Numbered from the stretch's first letter, positions 38,701 through 45,889 are shown. The stretch is 64,000 nucleotides of DNA from Patescibacteria group bacterium (GCA_041660605.1 JBAZWB010000001.1:265295-329294); one strand, 5' to 3'. Notes: a model not told the origin generated them from the letters alone. Made by a program: numbers and translations.

Positions 38701-39771
38701 CCCTTGATCTGCAGCAGCGGTTTATGCCGCAACAGCGCCTGCCCTCTCCAAACTGATTGTATTTGCCCTACTATTCTATATACTATTACGCTGACCTGGA
38801 GCGGGACCACGGATCTTGACCTCAATTTATTGAGAAGCGATCTCAAGCGCTGGTACTGGGGGCACCCTGACATTGATGAAGGCATAGATTGGAATAATAT
38901 TAACTCTAATACGGAGGTTATAGAAATAACTGCAGAACAAAGCAGTTATCCTAACGATTTTCAAATACTCATACAGAATAGCGCCGTACCAACAGCGATG
39001 ATCCCCAGCGGTACGAGGGTGGATATTATGGATAATATACGCAGTTTGACTTATACTTATAATTCTCCGGATATGTGCCGCAGCAACAGCAGTCCTATCT
39101 GGCAGGTCGGTGAATTTAATTTCAGTGGTGGCGTTACACCAAATGTCAGCAATGCCTATATGCCCGCGCCTTTCCCGGCCACTTATCCCAGCGTGCCATA
39201 TCAGCAAGCTTCAGGCTCTTGCTGCGCTAATATAACCCAATGTCAGTCAGGGCTCTGCTGTAATGGTGGCTCGCCAGGTGTCTGCGGCGCCTGCTCCTCT
39301 TGTTTTGCTAACAATGGTTCCTGCGAAGTGGCACCGGGTTATTCCTGTGATGAGGTGAAGGACTATAGTGATCCGGATAATAAAGACTGCAAACAGAATT
39401 TTATAGATTGCAAAACTTGGTGTAGCGATAATTATTGCGACAGCATGGGAAATTGCACTGGATTTCTGGTCAGGATGACATATCCGGTTGCGACATATCA
39501 ATATGAACCGGGGAAATGCTATGATCCGTGGAGAAGCGGTGACCCTCAGGATCAATGTTATATTAGTATGGCTTGTGGCGGATATGCTTTTTATGGGCCG
39601 AATAATGAAGCGACGCAATGTTGCCACCCAGCCTCGACTAATCCACCTGGAACTCCGCTTGGTTATGGATGTTATTGCGGACGCGATGTACCGGTTGGCC
39701 CGCCTGTGGATCCAAATCCAGAATGTTTAATCGCCAGTTGCAATGGTCCGAACCTATATGTTTGCGAATAA
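29719..39771 (+). CDS. giant (3350 aa) Cys-rich cell-surface protein; N-terminal VirB2/TrbC pilin-like membrane domain, central Ig/beta-rich region, C-terminal Cys-rich repeats
   Basis: The single uninterrupted ORF is GC-richer than its neighbours. The N-terminus has a signal-anchor plus two hydrophobic helices split by a short basic loop (IYGGVVWMTAAGNTDKVAKAKKIIIRAVIGLVIVL). The C-terminal ~700 aa hold CGDG cysteine-rich repeats, CDGxDxDCDG-type motifs and a ~91-aa Cys-rich unit repeated about 2.5 times (DNA ~37900-38480). Antisense ORFs inside the gene are spurious. Confidence 0.9.
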   Translation: MGGRNKNKFITGAVVGLIFSLALIAMAVFVLPNAVSAQATINSELGTTFGLGTAGLESTVIKIVQWALGFLGLIAVIMIIYGGVVWMTAAGNTDKVAKAKKIIIRAVIGLVIVLLAWAIVMFIVDRINKATGGGGDFCDPHYFGPNWPADAEVRSDGCAYCNESGTGWIVIPGCVTLPDTDTFRVKWVDPTDGEHDVPLCSIVQAKLNGKVVPASIAGNVGLYVNGATAKGGDACLANNECMSGVCDIGGTNQCVGDEVAGNWQVSPDQTIIEFLPATDYLENQWYRAELRRNTPGNPVIIQEDAADPRDFVTKIWMFTTGITTLDVPPTVTTIYPADGEDKICLNTAIQSIFSSKMRAASMNASTIKLAEAGTGDYGININDHTSNSFSGRPAKLLNAGKEYNVTLTAGDPGNNDPNNGVMDVCLNHLDGDADTVEEGTAGGDNFLETVPPSSNPTFTDAPWNFLADTDTTNDKCIPEITDIVPANGKYDSTAVDIQGVNFGIIGFTYFNKGVINAGNCFDGGGWPRLECVNSWSGNNINIHVPGGPINGGQKAVPYNGAADGPVSVEVAGKTSNNWTFDVASPQILKAIGFKNNRHGGTDQYVTLISRSDTDGGFGDNTGTVVFRSFQPPYNVVTAPFPPDPPCDASWANDQVIIKVPDLTATLGVPACPVAGPADWVSCLNTPSMVGIQLIRNGGDRSNIVNFVYTNEEAGPGLCAIQPQQCGTGGETVTAVGQKFLAQTPASRVHFSAIQAVINSWTLNLVTGDSAQVTVPSLDNAEDYLVTVSNSVGTSNPLLFDVPCGLIPKVVEDSSCENYCQLDPTLKGCTEDIDCGVSGPCVTGISSPNPYKGNTDVCVNVNAAASFNTLMDDAMLTDGNLVYLQKCNDDNCSDVDPAKVAGALSVFIIDPTHEGVEFNPAVNLDPSTTYQMTIQKEVQSEAGAHMNNDYKWHFKTKDSIEPCPVEKVVVAPNSAILYNLGDTQNYSSLAQGPNCTILDPNDYTWAWTSEDFGIASVPVPSSITRNEIATATGLGTTYIKASIPAESKSGRGRLKVDPESCAFNPDPGYCANPGGGVTCPGSWCDLLADKCMPVITERSIPPDIPPKEITPPQGPAGTTVSIEGCWFGSKTGQVIIDQAATFECSNSWSSNLIVATTDPLIPTGNKPVEVLTAYGRCNGGDRDGRLCTVVGECPGAASCDKFSNMIDSGQSGALSKNFNVTDRCSGYCDPNISPAEFANAPCVDDSNCDNVPLSCKKVLPTGGIPGICPPLQPSAGPELTHVYIEGFNLLPDNAQTVDDLVYYPRGKSDTRDDIIFSYLEKWTGTAIDRSRVPVGAESGAVNVLVDNCPSNSLPYAVTCTNNIQCGTGCCADPGTGQKMCLPFDPYCLSGTMQPCQIEENTDTPESPENPNCTSGQIWNPGNYMCISTTGDTSHEFPAPPEDATHLFGTDCRVCCDANPPQVSASGLTCRADKGDCSGTERGLYCGCDPAIPGQCGAGFGCSAKDTCCYPEPVIDHVIPDPLAGNLLCTNVVIRYYFNEVMDTETMNTANIIVTDGTDPIAGKIDIHKNKKGFGFVADKPYTPGQQVHIEVTTNVKNKYGVGMAGSDSRIWTIDPAASLCAINQIDFTIITTGAPPTYDPPDVFRCATDNCSGDMDPAPGTGNEHGITAYAYDKRGLEVAATYQWQEEDDANVIAIDQLAVGTDNAITAQPNNGKANIVVTATEQYVGDSKLTDKARVSVMLCEKPWPNPYAPEMDQFPFEDSDRNPPATWKPDTIFHTNNFIANYSIWYCRDSGNPPLLERTDQVTVRDGSPTDPDIVKEYFFLRPGTSTDGIGIIVADNPDNKSPEQWYRDKFGAAAPAPQSLTVDGYPAVRAGRTVYVGVPNLVGGAFHQYIYLLSHDQEASDETLDIYNRLLANWEFNVNVDPAQKAALQRDLQRINSLEEIYGKMLAYKNKNGFFPKLEGGSYIQHLSNSKWPSWQETLGSSINSLGFIPHQAPFLEKLRGLFVKNAVAQSGLAVDPLNKFDLPDPSLPPQCLEDNGFNQDTCWNETKHLYECPANSNIYQYMVDANGDNAALYARMEYSGADSFANYFGGDPCTGITGATCNCFNYVLGVTGNLADHEGPEIQGVDALGAGVNWISSTRPLGVLVVDKPDLNPSGVNRVEFFVDGIRKFTDSDGTGPGWSWDFVSTQYADGDHKISVTAYDNVGNWTTKNYDIKIDNSSGADTTDPFIAIARPGNGASVSGKVIIEAQASDNQVLAQVQISVEGASANWVCPGGGSSMTCTTAIPNHWNTAALDADGKYIYPNGEYTINATATDAAGNSRTASIKVKVANSDYTAPSVVLTAIYNGGPDHWNNGDVIPGAIAYAQGPGEVWVWVIPTDDQGADQFYKPGRVKFYVDGIYRADGSNDNGDQVWEWAPWNTLEYSNGLHELTVYVYDDAGNMASDTWYITLNNAQSDMEPPVVNFRNAKSNPTGRTLLNGQPATQIIYIDASASDNIGVTKVYFYRDYILRSEVIVPDPMTGYSWMVDTNAISPGWHTFQVDAEDAAGNRSDAIEIRLNIGGGGAPICGDGIITNFTVPPEQCELIGYTPPPDNQPIYSMNGETCKTLGYGCGTLGCNPPLSANECQFDVSQCKNSVCGDGKIECGETCESVSDCPAAPNACSTINCNSCDCSYDQNCTNAPGCEPGTLTWCANCNHCNNKIKDCDETTTDCGGAMCPTCGCTPGNQRCTVTSQTQVCNNLGVWVNEAQTLPTCTAPPSYPFWQGDCNLGSTSGCYSGTVCKTSGATDAHCESNQAIQCTAACQTGWSLAYNQCCVTQRCNTGPPLHTEKFVSGSWVDEPQGTPICSMANGANWDGNCVMGNSCYNTTIGCMMTGGGTDAKCVNTSVNPFQCVAACQSSFLAAYNQCCAVCVDGTKQDCGATNTDVGECNIGEQTCVSGAWGPCTGEIPSSPEICTGGKDEDCDGAIDAADTDCAMQCNQACNPPSINCASPLICSSGLCRNSACPLQTDCICPTILYTITLTWSGTTDLDLNLLRSDLKRWYWGHPDIDEGIDWNNINSNTEVIEITAEQSSYPNDFQILIQNSAVPTAMIPSGTRVDIMDNIRSLTYTYNSPDMCRSNSSPIWQVGEFNFSGGVTPNVSNAYMPAPFPATYPSVPYQQASGSCCANITQCQSGLCCNGGSPGVCGACSSCFANNGSCEVAPGYSCDEVKDYSDPDNKDCKQNFIDCKTWCSDNYCDSMGNCTGFLVRMTYPVATYQYEPGKCYDPWRSGDPQDQCYISMACGGYAFYGPNNEATQCCHPASTNPPGTPLGYGCYCGRDVPVGPPVDPNPECLIASCNGPNLYVCE

Positions 39772-39800
39772 TTATCAAATTTGGCCTTAGACTTTTTTCT

Positions 39801-40343
39801 ATGACACAACAAAACATTCCATCAGAGCAGAATGAACAAAAGCAGAAGCCTATTTATCTATGGTTTTTAATGGGTTTGCTTGTCTTGGCCTTGCTTGGCG
39901 GCGGCGGTTATTTGTACTATAAATATGCCAATAAGCCAAATGATAACGCTAATAAAGCTAATGTGAATGGGGCGGTAGTTGCGGAAAAGCACCTTTTAAC
40001 CGCCGAGGACAAGGAGCAATACGGCATCCAGGCCAATCTCAACGGTGAAATTACATATACTAATGTTAACGGAACTCTGATACCCAGTATTGTCATAGAT
40101 CCAAACTCACGTCCGCTTGATACTGATGGCGACCGGCTATCTGATGAAGAGGAAGCCACCCAAAAAACAGATCCCAATAATCCCGATACCGATGGCGACC
40201 TGATATATGACGGCGATGAGGTGTTGGTCTGGAAAACTGATCCCGCTAAGGCCGATACTGACGAGGACGGTTTTGATGACGGTGCGGAGGTCAAAGGAGG
40301 CTACAATCCTCTGGGTACCGGCCTGTTGAATACCGCCCAGTAG
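39801..40343 (+). CDS. membrane-anchored protein with thrombospondin-type-3-like Ca-binding repeats (paralog 1 of 3)
   Basis: The track ORF 39669..40343 starts inside the giant gene. The likely start is the M of MTQQNIPSEQ...KPIYLWFLMGLLVLALLGGGGYLYY (single TM). Repeats follow (DTDGDRLSDEEE, DPNNPDTDGDLIYDGDE, DPAKADTDEDGFDDGAE) and the protein ends GGYNPLGTGLL. Confidence 0.7.
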   Translation: MTQQNIPSEQNEQKQKPIYLWFLMGLLVLALLGGGGYLYYKYANKPNDNANKANVNGAVVAEKHLLTAEDKEQYGIQANLNGEITYTNVNGTLIPSIVIDPNSRPLDTDGDRLSDEEEATQKTDPNNPDTDGDLIYDGDEVLVWKTDPAKADTDEDGFDDGAEVKGGYNPLGTGLLNTAQ

Positions 40344-40425
40344 CATTTTTGATCCTCTAGAATGTAGTATAATATTAAAGGCGGGTAGTGCCGCTTTAAA
40401 TTTTAAACGGGAAAAATAGCATAAA

Positions 40426-41019
40426 ATGCCAAATAATAAACCGATAGAAGATATTTTTGAGGAAGTGGATAAAAGCAAAACACCAAAAAACGGTAAAATA
40501 AAGAACGGAGCAAGAAAACCGAAGCTGGCCCCGCTCGCGCCCCAGTCATTGCCGCCCCTTCAGCCAGAATCCAGGAATACGAAATTGCCGGTGAAAATTA
40601 TTATTTTGGTAATAATCATAATAGTGCTGGCAGGCGGCGGGTATTTTGTTTATAATTATCTGGCTAATCGCGCTGAGGATGATCCGGTAAATGCCGCTAA
40701 CAACAGCGCCGTTCAGCCGGCGACTAACCAGCCGGTGAATTCAGCAGTGCCGGCGATTAATGCCAATACTGCTCAGGATACGGATGGCGACGGGTTGACG
40801 GATGCCGAAGAGAAAGACCTGGGCACCGATCCAAAAAATAAAGACACGGATAATGACGGCCTCTTTGACAGGGAAGAGGTCAAGGTTTATAAAACCGATC
40901 CTGATAATCCGGACACCGACGGTGACGGCATTAAGGACGGCCAGGAAGTTAAGAATGGGTACAATCCGAATGGCCCGGGGAAGTTATTGGATCTGAATTC
41001 AGCTAAAAATAATATTTAA
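40426..41019 (+). CDS. membrane-anchored protein with thrombospondin-type-3-like Ca-binding repeats (paralog 2 of 3)
   Basis: 197-aa ORF with the TM anchor IIILVIIIIVLAGGGYFVYNY. Repeats DTDGDGLTDAEEKDLGTDPKNKDTDNDGLFDREE...DPDNPDTDGDGIKDGQE follow, ending GYNPNGPGKL. Confidence 0.75.
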   Translation: MPNNKPIEDIFEEVDKSKTPKNGKIKNGARKPKLAPLAPQSLPPLQPESRNTKLPVKIIILVIIIIVLAGGGYFVYNYLANRAEDDPVNAANNSAVQPATNQPVNSAVPAINANTAQDTDGDGLTDAEEKDLGTDPKNKDTDNDGLFDREEVKVYKTDPDNPDTDGDGIKDGQEVKNGYNPNGPGKLLDLNSAKNNI

Positions 41020-41032
41020 AAATTTCAATAAT

Positions 41033-42193
41033 ATGGCAGTGCAGGAAAAAAATAATGAAGCGCGTCCGGCAGAACCGGTAAAGCAAGTACGCATCCATAC
41101 CATGCCCAGCAAGTTTTATCTGGACGAAAACAAGTCGGGCAGCGGTAAGAATATTTTTTTAGTGGTTTTTCTCATAATTTTGGCTGTTCTGGTGCTTGGC
41201 GGCGGAGGGTATTTCGCCTATACTAGCTTTTATCAGAATAAAAATCAGAACTCAAATGCCAATTCATTGGCCAATGAAAATGAAGAGGGTGACTTGAATG
41301 ACACCAATAGTTCAGCGAATGCCAATGGCAATAAAAATGCCAATACAAACGGCTCTAATACAAATAATGCCAATAGAACTAATGTAAATGCGGTAGATAT
41401 TAATTCGCTGAATATTTTCAATAATTTGAACCAAAATACCAATACCGGCAATTTTAACATCAATACGGTGGTTAGCAGCGCTGACGCGGATTTAGACGGC
41501 CTGTCGGACGTAGAAGAGCCGATTTACAGTACCAAGATCTCTTCAGCCGATTCTGACGGTGATGGGTTTAGTGACGGCCAGGAAGTCATAAACGGCTATA
41601 ATCCCAACGGTACTGGCAAGCTGGAGCTGAATGCCGGCGTTCTGCGCTATACCGATACAGACGAGAAGTATTCGTTGCTATATCCGAAAACCTGGGTTGT
41701 CAGCGATGACAACCAGACGTCCAGCGGCAAGATTTTTAGCGCTAACGGGCAATTCGTAACCATCAGCGTGGAGCTGAATGCCGCGAAATTATCAGCCCGC
41801 GACTGGTACCTGACCAAGTCGCCAGGAATTGATTCCTCCCGCATTCAGTCAGTCACTAACTGGGACGCGACTTTGGCTGGCGTCAAAAGCATTGACGGGC
41901 TGACCGTTTATTACACGAAGAACGACCAGACATTCATTATCAGCTACAATATAAATATTCTTACTCAGGCTGATTATCTGACCACCTTCGCAATGATGTA
42001 TAAAAGTTTTACGCTGGTGACGGCTAATTTTGTAAATAGTAACGCCAATTCAAATTCTAATACCAGTACGAATTTTAATTTTAATACGAATATTAATACC
42101 AATACAAACAGGAATACAAACTCAAATTTAAATTCTAACGCCAATACAAATAGAAATACAAATTCAAACTCAAATTCAACAAATCACCTATAA
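41033..42193 (+). CDS. membrane-anchored protein with thrombospondin-type-3-like Ca-binding repeats plus extra C-terminal domain and Asn-rich tails (paralog 3 of 3)
   Basis: 386-aa ORF with the TM anchor FLVVFLIILAVLVLGGGGYFAY. It has Asn-rich low-complexity segments, the repeats DADLDGLSDVEE...DSDGDGFSDGQEVINGYNPNGTGKL, and a ~150-aa C-terminal domain. Confidence 0.75.
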   Translation: MAVQEKNNEARPAEPVKQVRIHTMPSKFYLDENKSGSGKNIFLVVFLIILAVLVLGGGGYFAYTSFYQNKNQNSNANSLANENEEGDLNDTNSSANANGNKNANTNGSNTNNANRTNVNAVDINSLNIFNNLNQNTNTGNFNINTVVSSADADLDGLSDVEEPIYSTKISSADSDGDGFSDGQEVINGYNPNGTGKLELNAGVLRYTDTDEKYSLLYPKTWVVSDDNQTSSGKIFSANGQFVTISVELNAAKLSARDWYLTKSPGIDSSRIQSVTNWDATLAGVKSIDGLTVYYTKNDQTFIISYNINILTQADYLTTFAMMYKSFTLVTANFVNSNANSNSNTSTNFNFNTNINTNTNRNTNSNLNSNANTNRNTNSNSNSTNHL

Positions 42194-42633
42194 TGAAGAT
42201 CTGGATCAACAAAGAGACGGGAATCAGAGCAGAGACCGGCTTTTTCAAAAAATTATTCAGGTTGATCGGCCGGCAGTTTCCCCGTTATTCAGGAGCGGAA
42301 ATTTCCGTCGCCCTGGTTAGCGCCAGGACAATAAAAAAATTAAATAAAAAGTACAGGCATAAAAATAAAGTAACGGATGTTCTCTCCTTTGCCGAAAGGG
42401 AATCAAAATACAAAATTGCACCCAGACAATATTTAGGCGAGATAGTGATTTCTATGCCGCAGGCGAGAGAGCAGGCGAGAGAGCATAAACATGCCTTACG
42501 TCGTGAACTGGTGATTTTACTTGTCCACAGTTTTTTACATCTGGTGGGGTTCGATCATGCCACGGACAAGCAGGAAAAAATTATGGACAAGGAGGCCCGG
42601 AAAGTAATGTTGATATACGAAAAAAATTTATAA
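42193..42633 (+). CDS. ybeY: rRNA maturation endoribonuclease YbeY
   Basis: 146-aa ORF with the zinc-binding motif HSFLHLVGFDH. Confidence 0.9.
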   Translation: MKIWINKETGIRAETGFFKKLFRLIGRQFPRYSGAEISVALVSARTIKKLNKKYRHKNKVTDVLSFAERESKYKIAPRQYLGEIVISMPQAREQAREHKHALRRELVILLVHSFLHLVGFDHATDKQEKIMDKEARKVMLIYEKNL

Positions 42634-42644
42634 ATTACTAATAT

Positions 42645-43019
42645 ATGCCAATTTTGGATTTACGGATGTTGGGGAAAAGCTTTCGTTACGCAGCCAGGGG
42701 GTTTTGGTATGTGTTTAAAAACGAACAAAATATCCGGCTTCATATTTTTGCCAGCGCTTTGGTGATAATTTTAATGGTATATTTCGGCGTTTCCCTCTGG
42801 CAAGCCATCATACTCTTCCTGGTCATGGCCTGGGTCGTAGTACTGGAACTGATCAATACAATTTTTGAGAAAATGGTGGATATTTTGCAACCGCGGATAC
42901 ATTTTTACGCTCAGGTGATCAAGGATGTCATGGCCGCCACCGTGCTGGTATCATCAATCGGGGCCGTAATCATTGGGATTTTGATTTTTGGACCTTATAT
43001 TTGGACGGCCAAGCCCTAA
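42645..43019 (+). CDS. dgkA: diacylglycerol kinase / undecaprenol kinase (DgkA family)
   Basis: 124-aa ORF with three TM helices. Motifs NEQNIRLH and ELINTAIE-like (LELINTIFEKMVD) are typical of prokaryotic DAGK. Confidence 0.85.
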   Translation: MPILDLRMLGKSFRYAARGFWYVFKNEQNIRLHIFASALVIILMVYFGVSLWQAIILFLVMAWVVVLELINTIFEKMVDILQPRIHFYAQVIKDVMAATVLVSSIGAVIIGILIFGPYIWTAKP

Positions 43020-43122
43020 GCCGGATTTTATTAAAAAACAAATAATTTGTTCAGTTCCAGGGGTGCATTGCATAGAATGAAAATATCTTTTATAATATAC
43101 GTATATCATTATTTCCTAAAAT

Positions 43123-44376
43123 ATGTCGAAAGAGCAAATAATAACCGGTTTGGACATCGGCTCAACTACGGTCAGGGTAGTGGTGGGGCAGGTTAATCCG
43201 CAGGATAAAAAAATTCACATACTGGGCGCCTCTGAAAACAACGCCGAAGGCATCAATAAAGGTTCGATTACCAGCATTGAAGACGCCGTTTCTTCCATTT
43301 CCGGAGCTTTGGAGAAAGTTGAGCGTATGACCGGCCTGCCGGTAGAGCACGTTTTCGTGGGCATCAACGGCAGCCATATCACTTCCCAGGATTCACATGG
43401 CGTAATTGCCGTTTCGAAATCAGACGGAGAGATAAAGGAGGACGACATTGAGAGGGTGATGGAAGCGGCACAAGCGGTGGCTACTCCCCCTAACTACGAA
43501 ATTTTGCATGTCATCCCGCGGAGCTTCACGGTGGATAACCAAAAAGGGATAAAAGACCCTATCGGTATGACCGGCATCAGGCTCGAGGTGGATGCTCAGA
43601 TTATCCAGGGCCTCTCCTCGCAAATAAAAAATCTGACCAAATCCATATACCGGACCGGCATTGACATTGACGATCTGGTCCTGGGCGTACTCGCTGCCTC
43701 TGAATCAGTGCTGACCAAGAAACAGAAAGACCTGGGCGTAGCTCTCCTGAATATCGGCGGCTCGACTACCAGCATGCTGGTTTTCGAAGAGGGAGACGTA
43801 CTGCATACCGCCATTCTGCCGATCGGCTCCAGTCACATTACCAACGATATCGCCATCGGTTTGCGTACTTCTATCGATTTAGCCGAAAAGATCAAGATCG
43901 AATACGGCTCCGCTCTGCCAGAGGAAATAAATAAGCGCGATGAGATAAATTTAGCCGAGATTGATTCCCGCGAAGAAGGAGTGGTGTCACAGAAGCACAT
44001 TGCTGAGATAGTCGAAGCGCGCTGCGAGGAAATTTTCAAAATGGCAGAAAAAGAACTTCAAAAAATAGACCGTTCCGGTTTATTGCCGGCGGGAGTGATA
44101 CTCACCGGCGGCGGTGTCAAGCTGCCAGGACTGATCGAAGTCGCCAAGAGAGAATTCAAATTGCCCGCATCGCTGGGCTATCCGTTGGACCTGGGTTCGA
44201 CTGCGGTGGACAAGGCAAATGATTTAAGTTTTACTACTGCCATCGGCTTGCTGTACTGGGGCGCGGGATTCGTCAATAAGGGGGGATCTCGAGGGGGGAT
44301 TACAATGCCGAAATTCACCTCTGTCGGTGAGGCAACAAATAAAATGAAAAAGTGGTTCAAGTCTTTAATACCTTAA
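43123..44376 (+). CDS. ftsA: cell division protein FtsA
   Basis: 417-aa actin-fold protein (GLDIGSTTVRVVVGQV...) located immediately upstream of ftsZ. Confidence 0.9.
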   Translation: MSKEQIITGLDIGSTTVRVVVGQVNPQDKKIHILGASENNAEGINKGSITSIEDAVSSISGALEKVERMTGLPVEHVFVGINGSHITSQDSHGVIAVSKSDGEIKEDDIERVMEAAQAVATPPNYEILHVIPRSFTVDNQKGIKDPIGMTGIRLEVDAQIIQGLSSQIKNLTKSIYRTGIDIDDLVLGVLAASESVLTKKQKDLGVALLNIGGSTTSMLVFEEGDVLHTAILPIGSSHITNDIAIGLRTSIDLAEKIKIEYGSALPEEINKRDEINLAEIDSREEGVVSQKHIAEIVEARCEEIFKMAEKELQKIDRSGLLPAGVILTGGGVKLPGLIEVAKREFKLPASLGYPLDLGSTAVDKANDLSFTTAIGLLYWGAGFVNKGGSRGGITMPKFTSVGEATNKMKKWFKSLIP

Positions 44377-44398
44377 ATTTATTTAGTATAATATATTT

Positions 44399-45601
44399 AT
44401 GCGGTATAAAAATAACAGGCAAAACGAGGAAATCAAACCAGAAATCGAAACATTTGCGAAAATCAAGGTTATTGGCGTTGGCGGATCCGGCGGTTCAGCC
44501 ATAGATCGCATGATCAGCGATAAGATCAGAGGCGTGGAGTTTGTGGCGATTAACTCTGATGCGCAGGCTCTTCATCATTCAAATGCTCCGCATAAACTGC
44601 ATATCGGCCGGACTACTACCAGGGGCCTGGGCGCCGGTATGGATCCTGAATTAGGTCGCAAAGCAGTGGAGGAAAATCAGGACGAAATACATGAAATGCT
44701 GAAGGGGTCTGATATGGTGTTTATTACTTGCGGTCTGGGCGGCGGTACGGGTACGGGCGCTTCGCCGATGATTGCCGATATTGCCCGGGATGTCGGGGCC
44801 TTAACAGTGGCGGTAGTGACTAAGCCCTTTGCTTTTGAAGGCGCACAGCGCAAGCAAATAGCGGAAAACGGGCTGGGAGAATTGACTGACAAAGTTGATA
44901 CGATTATTACTATACCAAATGACAGGATTTTGCAGATAATCGATAAGAAAACCTCCCTGCTTGATGCTTTTGGCACTGTGGATGAAGTTTTACGGCAGGG
45001 CGTGCAGGGCATTTCAGATTTAATCACCGTGCCGGGCTTGATTAACGTGGACTTTGCTGATGTTAAATCCATCATGGAAAACGCCGGTTCGGCCTTGATG
45101 GGCATTGGCCAGGGTTCCGGTGAAAACAGGGCGGTGGACGCGGCCAAGGCGGCAATTGACAGCCCTTTGCTGGAATTGTCCATTGAAGGAGCAAAAGGCA
45201 TCTTATTCACCATTACCGGCGGTCCGAATCTGGGTATGTATGAGGTAAATGAAGCGGCCAGGATCATTACCGCTTCGGCCGACCCCAATGCGCGGGTTAT
45301 TTTTGGCTCAGTAATTGATGAAGCCATGAAAGATATGGTAAAAATCACGGTTATTGCCACGGGATTCGGCGGCAAGCAGACAACCATTAAAAAAATCAAG
45401 CCTCTGGAGTTCGGCAATAGGGAAGAGCGGCCTCAGCGCATGGATTTCAGCGCGACGCGGGTAAATCGTCCGGCTTCACAGCCAGCACCGATGAGTCCAC
45501 CAAGAAATAATCCCATTCGGCCCTCGGAAAAAGAACCTCCAAAAACAAAGGAAGAAGAAGACTTGGAAATACCCGCATTTATCCGCAAGAAAATGATGTA
45601 A
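44399..45601 (+). CDS. ftsZ: cell division GTPase FtsZ
   Basis: 400-aa ORF with the tubulin signature [25 protein letters not shown], and a Pro-rich C-terminal linker. Confidence 0.95.
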   Translation: MRYKNNRQNEEIKPEIETFAKIKVIGVGGSGGSAIDRMISDKIRGVEFVAINSDAQALHHSNAPHKLHIGRTTTRGLGAGMDPELGRKAVEENQDEIHEMLKGSDMVFITCGLGGGTGTGASPMIADIARDVGALTVAVVTKPFAFEGAQRKQIAENGLGELTDKVDTIITIPNDRILQIIDKKTSLLDAFGTVDEVLRQGVQGISDLITVPGLINVDFADVKSIMENAGSALMGIGQGSGENRAVDAAKAAIDSPLLELSIEGAKGILFTITGGPNLGMYEVNEAARIITASADPNARVIFGSVIDEAMKDMVKITVIATGFGGKQTTIKKIKPLEFGNREERPQRMDFSATRVNRPASQPAPMSPPRNNPIRPSEKEPPKTKEEEDLEIPAFIRKKMM

Positions 45602-45667
45602 TTTTTAATAAATAATAAAAAGAGCGGCAGTTTTCAAAAAAATAATATAAAAACAAAAAAAAGCTGA

Positions 45668-45694
45668 AAAAAGACACGACGATGTCTTTTTTTA
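45668..45694 (+). terminator. rho-independent terminator after ftsZ
   Basis: Stem aaagaca pairs with tgtcttt (45669-45690), followed by a T run to 45693. Confidence 0.6.
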
Positions 45695-45823
45695 TCGGTT
45701 TATTGTCAGAATTATCCACAGGTTTGGCTGATTATTAAAGCCAGAAGCTGGCAGTTTGGCTCCATAATTATTTGAAAAACTATTTTATTTAACTAAGGTT
45801 AGCCAAGATATGACTAACCACAA

Positions 45824-45879
45824 TTGACTAATCCATATATAGTAGTATAATGTCTATTAGAGGTACTATATATAGGATG
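45824..45879 (+). promoter_or_regulatory. nrdR promoter (TTGACT-N16-TATAAT) overlapped by two NrdR boxes
   Basis: -35 TTGACT at 45824-45829 and -10 TATAAT at 45846-45851. NrdR-box-like palindromes are tccATATATAGtagt (centre ~45838) and gtACTATATATAGga (centre ~45870). They are about 32 bp apart centre-to-centre and match the consensus acaCwAtATaTwGtgt. Confidence 0.6.
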
Positions 45880-45889
45880 CCGTAATATT

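Noticed and set aside
30061-39730. Dozens of 60-200-aa antisense or off-frame ORFs inside the giant gene (e.g. 34279..34845 -, 37207..37818 -, 35414..35785 +)
   Set aside because: They are typical artefacts of a long GC-richer coding region with few stop codons in alternative frames. None has start signals or recognizable motifs.
39669-39800. N-terminal 44 codons of track ORF 39669..40343 overlapping the end of the giant gene
   Set aside because: This stretch is out of frame with, and inside, the giant ORF. It has unlikely composition (MLLRTRCTGWPACGSKSR...). The conserved TM-anchor architecture shared with the two paralogs begins at the downstream Met (MTQQNIPS...), so the start was moved to about 39801.
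41245-42190. Asn-rich low-complexity stretches (NANSNSNT..., NTNTNRNTNSN) as a DNA-level tandem repeat or contingency locus
   Set aside because: They are imperfect aat/aac-rich coding repeats within paralog 3. They are in frame and not simple homopolymeric tracts, so they are treated as low-complexity protein regions, not a separate repeat feature.
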